Assembly (NCBI GenBank): GCA_017429285.1
Contig: JAFRPF010000031.1
Location: forward strand, 75,388 to 139,387
Direction of reading: 5' to 3'
Origin: Bacilli bacterium
Lineage (GTDB): Bacteria; Bacillota_I; Bacilli_A; RFN20; CAG-826
Length of the DNA stretch: 64,000 bases
Shown here one piece after another: positions 56,155 through 64,000 of the stretch (positions are counted from its first letter, which is position 1; each line of letters opens with the position of its first letter). The position numbers and the translations under genes are program-made. The notes beneath the pieces are model-generated. The model was not told the DNA's origin and made no database searches. It worked only from the letters and a program-made list of their open reading frames with translations.

Positions 56155-57273
56155 TTATTTGATATGTCTCTTTTTAAAATAATCAGGATGGTTTTTGAAG
56201 TAATTGGTGAGAAGAGAATTCTTTGGGAGGTAAGAAGATAATTTAGTATTTTGTGCAGCGTGATATCTTAAATCAAAATGGTTTCTGCAACGTAACTCCA
56301 TTCGTTCTGCTCCTTTTGGATAATATAAGGTTAAAACTTCACCATTATCAGCATCTAGTCTCAATAAATAACCATCAACTATTAGTGAGTCTTTTTCTGC
56401 GGTTTGACCAATATGAAGTGTGCCAGTCGCACCTTCGTATTTCAGAACAGGAGAATTATTATCACTTAATTTCACTTTTAAGAAATAGCCTGCTTTGTTG
56501 TATTGAACTTCAATAATTAACGCTTTTACGTAATCTTTGCTTGTCCAAGAGATGGCGTCATAGTATGAGTGTCTAAATTCCCATCCTTTAGCACAGTACC
56601 CATCATAAAATTCATTAATGAAATAACGGTCAAAATTGTCTTCTGGTTTTGTATAATCCGTGACACCAACACCAGGAGTTTTTGGTTCGCTGCAATGTGA
56701 TTTGGTATACGAATATATTGAATCTTCTTCGAAGTGAAAATCTTTAGGGAAGAAGGGTGAGATAAACATTTCTTTACTATGGTTGCAAATAAATGGTTCT
56801 TTAAATATTTTGTCTAAATATCTATTCTCGCTATTGACAAAGGGGGTAGCGTCAACACCAACTGGATCTTCATTTGGAAGATTGTAACCAATGTTCACTC
56901 TTTTTGATGCGGAATCTATCAAGAAAAAATAGGTGTTTGGTTTATTGTCGCCAAACATTATTGTTCCTTTGTTTAAACCTATTAATAGTTTTCTATAATA
57001 TCCTGATTCTTTATCTCCTTCTAAAATAATCTCTAGGTCATTAGATGCTGGATTATATTGAATCAACGGAAAACCGGTCTCATCATTATCCATATAGCCA
57101 AACACAAGAACTTCGTTTGGCATTTTGGTGAAAGAAAAACCATTGGCTTTAAAATTTCTAAATTCGCCAATTTGAAAAGCGTTTTCGCTATGGAAAATTG
57201 CACCAAAGGGGTATAGAGAATGATCATTTGACTCAAGATATATTTCAGGACTTATTTTTAACCATTTTTCCAT
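56155..57273 (-). CDS. Hypothetical protein (about 372 aa)
   Basis: A long intact ORF. The AAGGAGG RBS is spaced correctly for the ATG at 57273 (MEKWLK) rather than the one at 57279. Confidence 0.75.
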   Translation of the reverse strand: MEKWLKISPEIYLESNDHSLYPFGAIFHSENAFQIGEFRNFKANGFSFTKMPNEVLVFGYMDNDETGFPLIQYNPASNDLEIILEGDKESGYYRKLLIGLNKGTIMFGDNKPNTYFFLIDSASKRVNIGYNLPNEDPVGVDATPFVNSENRYLDKIFKEPFICNHSKEMFISPFFPKDFHFEEDSIYSYTKSHCSEPKTPGVGVTDYTKPEDNFDRYFINEFYDGYCAKGWEFRHSYYDAISWTSKDYVKALIIEVQYNKAGYFLKVKLSDNNSPVLKYEGATGTLHIGQTAEKDSLIVDGYLLRLDADNGEVLTLYYPKGAERMELRCRNHFDLRYHAAQNTKLSSYLPKNSLLTNYFKNHPDYFKKRHIK

Positions 57274-57449
57274 TTGCATTTCCTCCTTAATTATTTACCT
57301 CTAACATCGAAACCATGCTAACATCTGATTATTAGTTTTTTGTCTTTTTATACCAAGGAGCACCCATTACAAAATTCTCCTGTATTCACCATACTTTTTT
57401 GTAGAATAAAGTTATAATATACCTATATATAATATAAGCGAGGTGCACT

Positions 57450-58643
57450 ATGATTAGCAAAAAGAAAATTATTCTTTGGATTATCCTTTCTATTTTTGCT
57501 TTATGCTTCTTGATTTCCGCCACCATAATCATCATTAAATTAGTAAAAATTAACGGTGAGGTTATCGGTGCGGAAGCAGCAATTGGATTATTCTCTTTAG
57601 TCGGGACAATTATTGGCGCGGTATTTGTCGTTGTTGAGTTAAGGAATTCAAATGATGTTACATGCTGTCAAACCCTCATTGAACTCAATAATTATTTCCA
57701 CGATAACGAGAGACTAATGAAAGTCTATTCAGTATTAGATAAGGCTCATGTTTGGAACAAGAACGATAAAGATGCCTGGAAAAAAGTTGATGATCAAGAT
57801 ATTGAATTCTTCTGCACTTTCTTTGAAAACCTTTATTTATTAGTAGAACATCATATCGCAAGGATTAAAGATTTAGATAATATCTTTGGGTATCGTTTCT
57901 TCTTATTCATGAATAATACCTATATCCAAGAGAAATATTTATTAACCACATCATCTAGTTATGTGAATCTATTTAAGTTATATGAATTATGGATCACATA
58001 TCGTGATTCAATGAACAAAAGGGGTGGATGTAATTTAATCGTTGATGACCAAAACAGGTTTACAAAAGATTATTTAAAAAACAAAGTCTATCTTGTTGAT
58101 AATGGGGTTGGTAAAAAATTATATAGAGAAATTAAAAATGATACACATAATATCCTTATAAGAGATGTCTGGTTTGATGAACTTAGTAAAGTTCTGGACT
58201 TGCAAAAAGAAGTAATTAATAAGATGGATAATAATGAATTATGTGTTCCATTAACAAGAAACGAATATATTGAATCTCTTCATTTAGATTATGTCTTAGG
58301 TGCCTATGATAAAGATGAGCTCGTCGCCATCAGCGTTATCGTTGATAATCGTAAAAGCGATAGAAACCTCGCAACTAAATTCGCTTTAGCGTGTAAAGAT
58401 TATTACACATTCGATATCGTATTTGTTAAAGATAGTTATCGTGGACTTGGACTACAAAAGGAGTTTATCGAAGTTGCTAAAAAACAAGCTAAGATAGATG
58501 GCGCCAAACACATTTTGACCACTGTTTCAAAAGAAAACAAACATAGTTATAACAACATAATCTCTGAAGGTTTTAAACCTTTTAAAGAAAATGTATTGAT
58601 GTATGGGGATCATCATCGAGAAGTGTTAAAGCTAGACTTATAA
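57450..58643 (+). CDS. Membrane-anchored protein with a C-terminal GNAT acetyltransferase domain
   Basis: Two N-terminal TM helices and a ~170-aa unassigned helical domain. The GNAT core reads VAISVIVDN...FVKDSYRGLGLQKEFIEVAKKQAKIDGAKHILTTV (motif A, R-G-x-G). Confidence 0.7.
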   Translation: MISKKKIILWIILSIFALCFLISATIIIIKLVKINGEVIGAEAAIGLFSLVGTIIGAVFVVVELRNSNDVTCCQTLIELNNYFHDNERLMKVYSVLDKAHVWNKNDKDAWKKVDDQDIEFFCTFFENLYLLVEHHIARIKDLDNIFGYRFFLFMNNTYIQEKYLLTTSSSYVNLFKLYELWITYRDSMNKRGGCNLIVDDQNRFTKDYLKNKVYLVDNGVGKKLYREIKNDTHNILIRDVWFDELSKVLDLQKEVINKMDNNELCVPLTRNEYIESLHLDYVLGAYDKDELVAISVIVDNRKSDRNLATKFALACKDYYTFDIVFVKDSYRGLGLQKEFIEVAKKQAKIDGAKHILTTVSKENKHSYNNIISEGFKPFKENVLMYGDHHREVLKLDL

Positions 58644-58781
58644 CAGATTATTACAAAGCTCTTCTTTCTCTAAATGAAAAGAAAAAACCCTGAATTCACA
58701 AGGCTTCATCATATGCTGGACACGCTAGTTCATACCGGGACAATGCGGGGCAGAAAAAGGTGAACATGGTTAAATTTAATT

Positions 58782-58857
58782 TGGTGGATCTGATCGGGTT
58801 CGAACCGACGACCTCCTCGTTGCGAACGAGGCGCTCTCCCAACTGAGCTACAGACCC
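58782..58857 (-). tRNA. tRNA-Ala (anticodon CGC), with an encoded CCA
   Basis: The reverse complement folds as GGGTCTG-TA-GCTC-AGTTGGGA-GAGC-G-CCTCG-TTCGCAA-CGAGG-AGGTC-GTCGG-TTCGAAC-CCGAT-CAGATCC-A-CCA. It has the G3.U70 Ala identity pair, an A73 discriminator and is 76 nt long. Confidence 0.92.
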
Positions 58858-58949
58858 ATGCGGTTAATATATTATAAGTATTTGAACTTTTTTTCAATTA
58901 TTATCATGTCAAGACTAATATTATTATTTTTTCTAAATATAATATTGTT

Positions 58950-60200
58950 ATGACGCCTAAAAAAACTATCGCTGTTATCGACTTAAAGGCCTTTTATTCA
59001 TTCGTGGAATGTGTGGATCGAGGTTTAGATGCGTGGAAAGTACCTCTCGTTGTCGCTGATAAAGAAAGAGGGAAGAACACGATTGTTTTAAGTGTGTCTC
59101 CATTTTTAAAAGAAAGAGGGGTTCCTTCTAGATTAAGAATAAGAGATTTACCAAAAGGTTATGACTATATTTACGCTGTTCCAAGAATGGAAAGATATGT
59201 CGAAAAAAGTGCGGAGATAGTTAGAATCATGATGGAATTTGTTTCTAAAGATGATATTCATGTTTATTCCATCGATGAAGCCTTTATCGACTTAACAAGT
59301 TATCTCGAATATTATCACGAAGCACCAGTTAATTTAGTTTTAAATATTATTAATAGGATTAAAGATAAGACACACCTTCAAGCGACTGGTGGAATAGGTG
59401 ATAATTTCTTCTTAGCGAAAGTGGCTTTGGATATATACGCTAAACACTCTCCTAATGGGGTAGCTACTATCCATATTGAAGATGTTAAAGAAAAGCTTTG
59501 GCCAATCACTCCTTTAACCAAAATTTGGGGAATTGGTGCAAGAACTGCAGCAAAATTAGAGGCTTTAGGTATAAAAGACGTCGGTCAATTAGCTAGAGCC
59601 AATAAGAGTTTTATTCATGATAATTTTGGGATTATTGGTGATCAATTAGTAGCGCACGCAAATGGTTTAGATGAATCAGATATCCATGAAGTATATGTTC
59701 CAGAAAGTACTTCTTTATCCGTGGGGCAAGTGTTATTCAAAGACTATAACAAAAAAGAAATAGTCACGATTATTAGAGAGATGTGTGACGATTTATCACA
59801 AAGACTGAGAAGTGAAAAGAAACAAAGTGGACTTGTCGGTTTATTTATCGGCTATTCAAAAGAAACAATGGGTGGATTCTCTCGTCAAATGTCTCTATTA
59901 CACGCGACTGATGATACAGAAGAATTATTCAAAGCCTTAATGGAGATATTCCATAAACATATTCAAAATTACCCAATCCGTAGAGTGGGTTTAAACTTTG
60001 GTAAAATATCAACTTCTGGTTATAAACAAATCGATATTTTTGGTGACGCAAAAAAAGAAAAGAATAATCATGAATTAAATAAAGCCATGGACAAACTCAA
60101 AGATAAATATGGTAAAAATATATTATTAAGAGCGAGTGCTTTAACAGAAGAAAGCACCGCCATAGAAAGACATAATCAAATAGGAGGGCACCGTAAATGA
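58950..60200 (+). CDS. Y-family DNA polymerase (UvrX/YqjW/DinB-like)
   Basis: IAVIDLKAFYSFVEC, SIDEAFIDLT and KIWGIGARTAAKL (HhH) motifs are present. Confidence 0.85.
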   Translation: MTPKKTIAVIDLKAFYSFVECVDRGLDAWKVPLVVADKERGKNTIVLSVSPFLKERGVPSRLRIRDLPKGYDYIYAVPRMERYVEKSAEIVRIMMEFVSKDDIHVYSIDEAFIDLTSYLEYYHEAPVNLVLNIINRIKDKTHLQATGGIGDNFFLAKVALDIYAKHSPNGVATIHIEDVKEKLWPITPLTKIWGIGARTAAKLEALGIKDVGQLARANKSFIHDNFGIIGDQLVAHANGLDESDIHEVYVPESTSLSVGQVLFKDYNKKEIVTIIREMCDDLSQRLRSEKKQSGLVGLFIGYSKETMGGFSRQMSLLHATDDTEELFKALMEIFHKHIQNYPIRRVGLNFGKISTSGYKQIDIFGDAKKEKNNHELNKAMDKLKDKYGKNILLRASALTEESTAIERHNQIGGHRK

Positions 60201-60502
60201 GCGATCGTGGAATGAAAAAATGGGCCCCTTATAAAACTCTTCAAGAACAATGGGAAACACTAGATTCAATTGATGAAGAAAATAAACTAGTGGAGAAACC
60301 TAAAATCAGTAATGAAGAAGCAGAAGAAATAAATGATAAATTAGTGAATTATCACGGGGAAGAATTAGAGTTCTACTTTTATAAAAAAGGAAGAATTTTA
60401 GCAGAAAAAAGCACCATCAAGAAGATAGATGCTTATAATCGTAAATTGATATTAAATAACGAAGTTATTATTTATCTAAAAGACCTTGTGGGAATTAAAT
60501 AG
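60197..60502 (+). CDS. YolD-like protein
   Basis: A 101-aa protein with N-terminus MSDRGMKKWAPYKTL. The start forms an ATGA overlap with the polymerase stop, the arrangement known for uvrX-yolD-type pairs. Confidence 0.7.
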   Translation: MSDRGMKKWAPYKTLQEQWETLDSIDEENKLVEKPKISNEEAEEINDKLVNYHGEELEFYFYKKGRILAEKSTIKKIDAYNRKLILNNEVIIYLKDLVGIK

Positions 60503-61715
60503 CCCATTCACCATCTTTAAAGATTTGATGTTTGTTACCTTTAGCATCTAAACCCACAATATTTAGATCTTTAGTACCCACCATAAAGTCGACATGAATC
60601 ATGGAATCGTTGATTCCTTTTTCTTTAGCTTGTTCGCTAGTTAAATTAACATCTAATAATTCTTTAAATCCATGACCTAAAGCGACATGGCAAGCAGCAT
60701 TTTCATCATACAAAGTGTTATAGAATAAGATTCCACTTAAATTAATTGGGGAAGTATAAGGCACTAAAGCTACTTCGCCAAGTTGAGCGGCTCCTTCATC
60801 CATCGCTACCATCTTTTCTAATAATTCTTGATTCTTCTTAGCTTTAACTTCCACCACTCTTCCGTTTTTAAAAGTTAAGGAGAAGTCTTCGATTAATTCA
60901 CCGCTATAGCTTAAAGGTTTAGAAGCTACTAGTGTACCTTCACACTTGCCAGCGATTGGTGAAGTAAAAACTTCCTCTGTAGGAATGTTAGGGTTAAATT
61001 CACCTTTACCAGGTGCTTCTTCAATACCAGCACCCCAAGAAATACCAGGGATTAAATCAACTTCAAAGTCAGTGCCATTACTAGCTTTATAAAACAATTT
61101 TCTTAAATCTAATTCTTTTAATTTGTTTCTTTGCTTAATAAGGAATGCATTATGTTTATTCCAATTCTCCACTGGATTATTTCCATCCACTCTAGAAGTC
61201 ATTAGTATCGCTTCCCAAAGTTTTTCAATCGCTTCCTCTTCACTTAGCTTTGGAAACACCTTTTTAGCCCATGCTTTGCCAGGCACTCCAGCGATGCACC
61301 ACTTATATTTTCCATCGGCTAAATCTCTGTATTTTTTGATCTTTTGATAGGTTTTTGCAGTGCTTTTTGCCATTTTTGCTTGATTTACACCTTTTAATCC
61401 ATCTGGATCTTCAGAGATTAAATAAATCCGTGTTGGTAGCTTTTTACCCATATATTTAAATCTTGCAATAGTCATTGGTGAGACCTTTGATAATTCACCA
61501 ACTGTCATGTATTTATAATGCAATTTCGCTAATGGGTCATGAGAAAATCTAACATCCACTTTTTTAGCGCCACATTTATAACATTCTTCCACTACTAATT
61601 CGACAAAATCTGGTTGATCAAGTCCAGCTTCAATCCAAACCTCATCACCTTTAACGACATGACCGCCCGTTTTAGCAATCAGTCTTGCATAATCTCTTAA
61701 TAACTTTAAATCCAT
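60495..61715 (-). CDS. Aminopeptidase, M29 family (AmpS/PepS-like)
   Basis: A 406-aa protein. LRDYARLIAKTGGHVVKGDEVWI and the C-terminal HVALGHGF...IHVDFM pattern are typical of M29. Confidence 0.8.
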   Translation of the reverse strand: MDLKLLRDYARLIAKTGGHVVKGDEVWIEAGLDQPDFVELVVEECYKCGAKKVDVRFSHDPLAKLHYKYMTVGELSKVSPMTIARFKYMGKKLPTRIYLISEDPDGLKGVNQAKMAKSTAKTYQKIKKYRDLADGKYKWCIAGVPGKAWAKKVFPKLSEEEAIEKLWEAILMTSRVDGNNPVENWNKHNAFLIKQRNKLKELDLRKLFYKASNGTDFEVDLIPGISWGAGIEEAPGKGEFNPNIPTEEVFTSPIAGKCEGTLVASKPLSYSGELIEDFSLTFKNGRVVEVKAKKNQELLEKMVAMDEGAAQLGEVALVPYTSPINLSGILFYNTLYDENAACHVALGHGFKELLDVNLTSEQAKEKGINDSMIHVDFMVGTKDLNIVGLDAKGNKHQIFKDGEWAI

Positions 61716-61772
61716 AAATGCCTCCGTTGATATTTATCGGAATTATTCTATAATAACCAAGGGGAAAATGTT

Positions 61773-62342
61773 ATGAATTCTGTTTTTGAGAAATATAAGT
61801 GGCTGAGATTTGTCATCGGTGGAGGAATTATCCTTCTTGGTGTTTTAATTATTATCTTTGCTAGTTTAAGAACGGGCGATGTTCCGAGTATCATCAATAT
61901 CGTTATTTCCGTTGGTTTAATGGTTTTAGGTTTATTCTTAACATTTAGTTCTCTATTATCAGAAACTCATAAAATGTTTACACCTTCCTTATTACTAGGA
62001 TCAATTTCAATAGGATTAGGTATATCCATATTAGTAGCAAGATTTGGATTACATATCTCTTATAGTGGAGATCTAATAGTTTATGTATCTTCAATACTAT
62101 TTATAGTATTAGGTGTAGTTTCTTTATTAAAAGCTATTTTCTTAATTGTTTATCATGAAAAAGGAATCATGGTATTTGCGATGTTTATCATTGCCGCGGC
62201 TGCAATTACAATCGGTATATTAGGATTATGCTTCGCTGATAGCTTAGTGACATTAGCCTATATCTTAATGGGTACAGCTTTAGTGGTGTTAGGTATCTTA
62301 TTTATTATTTTCTCCGCTTTACAAATGAAAAAAACTTCCTAA
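61773..62342 (+). CDS. Integral membrane protein (about 6 TM), function unknown
   Basis: Hydrophobic throughout, with a GGGGA RBS. Confidence 0.7.
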   Translation: MNSVFEKYKWLRFVIGGGIILLGVLIIIFASLRTGDVPSIINIVISVGLMVLGLFLTFSSLLSETHKMFTPSLLLGSISIGLGISILVARFGLHISYSGDLIVYVSSILFIVLGVVSLLKAIFLIVYHEKGIMVFAMFIIAAAAITIGILGLCFADSLVTLAYILMGTALVVLGILFIIFSALQMKKTS

Positions 62343-62371
62343 TTTAAGAAGATTAATTACTTATAATTAAT

Positions 62372-62401
62372 AAAAAAGTGGTTCGCTTGAATCACTTTTT
62401 T
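62372..62401. terminator. Bidirectional rho-independent terminator
   Basis: AAAAAGTG-gttcgcttgaat-CACTTTTT lies between the convergent membrane-protein gene and secG. Confidence 0.75.
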
Positions 62402-62669
62402 AAAACATCATATTAATTCCGGATGCTGCACTAGCACTAGAATTAGTCAATTCAATAACAATTGCAATGATGAAGAAGATGATGGCCATTACCATTGTGA
62501 GGATGGAAACAACTTTTTCCGCCCCTCTTTCTTTGGTTTTGACGAAGACGTTAAGTCCTCCACCTGTAATAGCGCCAGAAGCACCTTCAGATTTACCACC
62601 TTGCAATAAGCAAAGAATGATAATAATGATACCAACACCCATAAAAATCCAGTCGTACCAATGTAACAT
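62400..62669 (-). CDS. secG: Preprotein translocase subunit SecG
   Basis: An 89-aa protein with two TM helices flanking the Gly-rich loop LLQGGKSEGASGAITGGG. Confidence 0.7.
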   Translation of the reverse strand: MLHWYDWIFMGVGIIIIILCLLQGGKSEGASGAITGGGLNVFVKTKERGAEKVVSILTMVMAIIFFIIAIVIELTNSSASAASGINMMF

Positions 62670-62747
62670 GCTTCTTACTTCCTTTCTTCAAGTTGCTTAT
62701 TTATGTTATACAAATCAGAACAATAATTCAACAACGAATTCAATTCG

Positions 62748-64000
62748 TTATAATTCCGCTTTGATTTCAAAAATTATATCTCTTAATTCTGCCGCTCTTT
62801 CAAAATCAAAATCACGAGCCGCTTGTTTCATCTGCTTTTCTAAATCCTTAATCTGTTTTTGAAGTTCACTTCTAGTGGCTTTCTTACTTGCTTTAATAAT
62901 TTCATTAACTTCATCATCAGTGTTATGAATTGGAGGTCTAATCTCTTTAATGATTGTTGTGGGGATAATACCGTTTTCGATATTATAGGTGTTTTGAATA
63001 GTTCTACGACGTTTAGTTTCCTCAATCGCAGTTCTCATAGAATCGGTAATATTATCCGCATACATCACCACTAAACCATTCGCGTTTCTAGCGGCACGTC
63101 CACAAATTTGAATTAACGATCTTCCACTTCTTAAGAAACCTTCTTTATCCGCATCTAGAATACAAATTAATGATACTTCAGGTATGTCTAAACCTTCTCT
63201 TAATAGGTTAATTCCCACCAAGACATCATATTTGCCTTTTCTTAATTGATAAATAATTTCAGATCTCTCTAATGTCTTAGTTTCATGATGGAGATAAATA
63301 ACTTTAATTCCTCTTTCTTTTAAAAATGTAGTTAAGTCTTCCGCCATACGAATAGTTAATGTAACAATTAAAGTTCTTTCATTTCTTTGGTTACGAGCTT
63401 TGATTTCTTGTAATAAATCATCGACTTGGCCCATCGTTGGTCTTACTTCAATCTTTGGATCTAATAAACCAGTTGGTCTAATAATTTGTTCCACTATTTC
63501 ATTATCCGTTTTACTTAGCTCATAATCACCAGGTGTCGCGCTTGTACAAATGGTTTGAGGCATAATCTTTTCAAACTCATCAAAATTAAGTGGTCTATTA
63601 TCAAGTGCCGAAGGCAATCTAAAGCCATATTCCACTAATGTTTCTTTTCTAGAACGATCTCCATTATACATTCCTCTTAACTGTGGGAAGGTAACATGAG
63701 ATTCATCCACGAATAATAAGAAATCGTCTGGGAAATAATCTATTAAACACCATGGTCTAGTTCCAGGAGCTCTTTTATCAATATGACGAGAATAATTCTC
63801 AATACCTGGACACATGCCAAATTCTTGCATGTTTTCGATATCTTGATTAGTTCTTAATTCTAATCTTTCAGCTTCTAGTAATTTGCCTTCATCTTTAAAG
63901 AATTTAAGTCTTTCTTTAAGTTCTTCTTTAATAGTTTCACAAGCTTCTCTAATTCTTTCTCTTGTCGAAGCATGATCATAAGCAGGGAATATTGGATAGG
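62748..64000 (-). CDS. uvrB: Excinuclease ABC subunit B, C-terminal ~417 aa; the gene continues past the window end
   Basis: [12 protein letters not shown], helicase motifs ([22 protein letters not shown]) and the C-terminal UVR domain ([10 protein letters not shown]) are present. The frame stays open upstream of the track's Met, reading ...[21 protein letters not shown]... from 63998. Confidence 0.95.
   Translation of the reverse strand, partial: YPIFPAYDHASTRERIREACETIKEELKERLKFFKDEGKLLEAERLELRTNQDIENMQEFGMCPGIENYSRHIDKRAPGTRPWCLIDYFPDDFLLFVDESHVTFPQLRGMYNGDRSRKETLVEYGFRLPSALDNRPLNFDEFEKIMPQTICTSATPGDYELSKTDNEIVEQIIRPTGLLDPKIEVRPTMGQVDDLLQEIKARNQRNERTLIVTLTIRMAEDLTTFLKERGIKVIYLHHETKTLERSEIIYQLRKGKYDVLVGINLLREGLDIPEVSLICILDADKEGFLRSGRSLIQICGRAARNANGLVVMYADNITDSMRTAIEETKRRRTIQNTYNIENGIIPTTIIKEIRPPIHNTDDEVNEIIKASKKATRSELQKQIKDLEKQMKQAARDFDFERAAELRDIIFEIKAEL

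Noticed and set aside
58884-58895. A possible LexA/Cheo box (GAAC-N4-GTTC) upstream of the Y-family polymerase
   Set aside because: It reads GAACTTTTTTTC, one mismatch in a T-run within very AT-rich DNA, which is easily chance. It is mentioned only as a weak candidate.
60495-60502. An 8-nt overlap of the convergent yolD-like and M29 aminopeptidase 3' ends
   Set aside because: It is real in the sequence but is a common consequence of compact genomes. No further signal is attached to it.

Overview
AT-rich chromosome segment that uses the standard genetic code: TGA acts as a stop in the ATGA overlaps at 18459-18462 and 60197-60200. All calls come from reading the ORF translations and the DNA by eye; no similarity search was run. 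The content fits a low-GC Bacillota/Mollicutes-related anaerobe, possibly gut-associated. Layout: (1) 1-8861, minus strand: the S10-spc ribosomal protein operon (rpsJ to rpsE) with a near-consensus promoter and a structured leader. Six of its proteins carry Lys/Ala/Glu-rich terminal extensions. (2) 8981-31908: housekeeping and sugar genes. These are queH-queA-tgt, prs plus a tiny kinase-like ORF, pepT, an aquaporin, a mini-rubredoxin, a nucleoside hydrolase with ribokinase, a CASTOR/POLLUX-like channel, glyA, a divergent galactoside locus (2 GH2, galK, galM, a GPH transporter, an orphan XdhC-like gene) and a ROK glucokinase. (3) 31928-45047: envelope and surface block. It holds a lipoprotein, a YdjG/YdjI-like zinc-ribbon/SPFH pair, cstA, mscS, a Listeria-Bacteroides-repeat surface protein, a K+ channel, and a tapA-sipW-tasA-like operon. 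In that operon an ER/archaeal-type signal peptidase is flanked by two cargo genes that share an unusual A-x-WQFNK N-terminal motif. This is my best candidate for an undescribed system. (4) 45443-48708: a glnA-glmS operon with no room for a glmS ribozyme and two perfect GlnR/TnrA boxes. (5) 48911-58781: an accessory island ending at the 3' end of a stand-alone tRNA-Ala(CGC). It contains an HxxxDG acyltransferase, a tightly coupled array of four small genes that includes a DUF1963/YwqG-like member, several large orphans and a membrane-GNAT fusion. I saw no integrase. (6) 58950-64000: a Y-family polymerase with a YolD-like gene, an M29 aminopeptidase, secG and a partial uvrB. I saw no CRISPR array, rRNA, IS element or recombinase.
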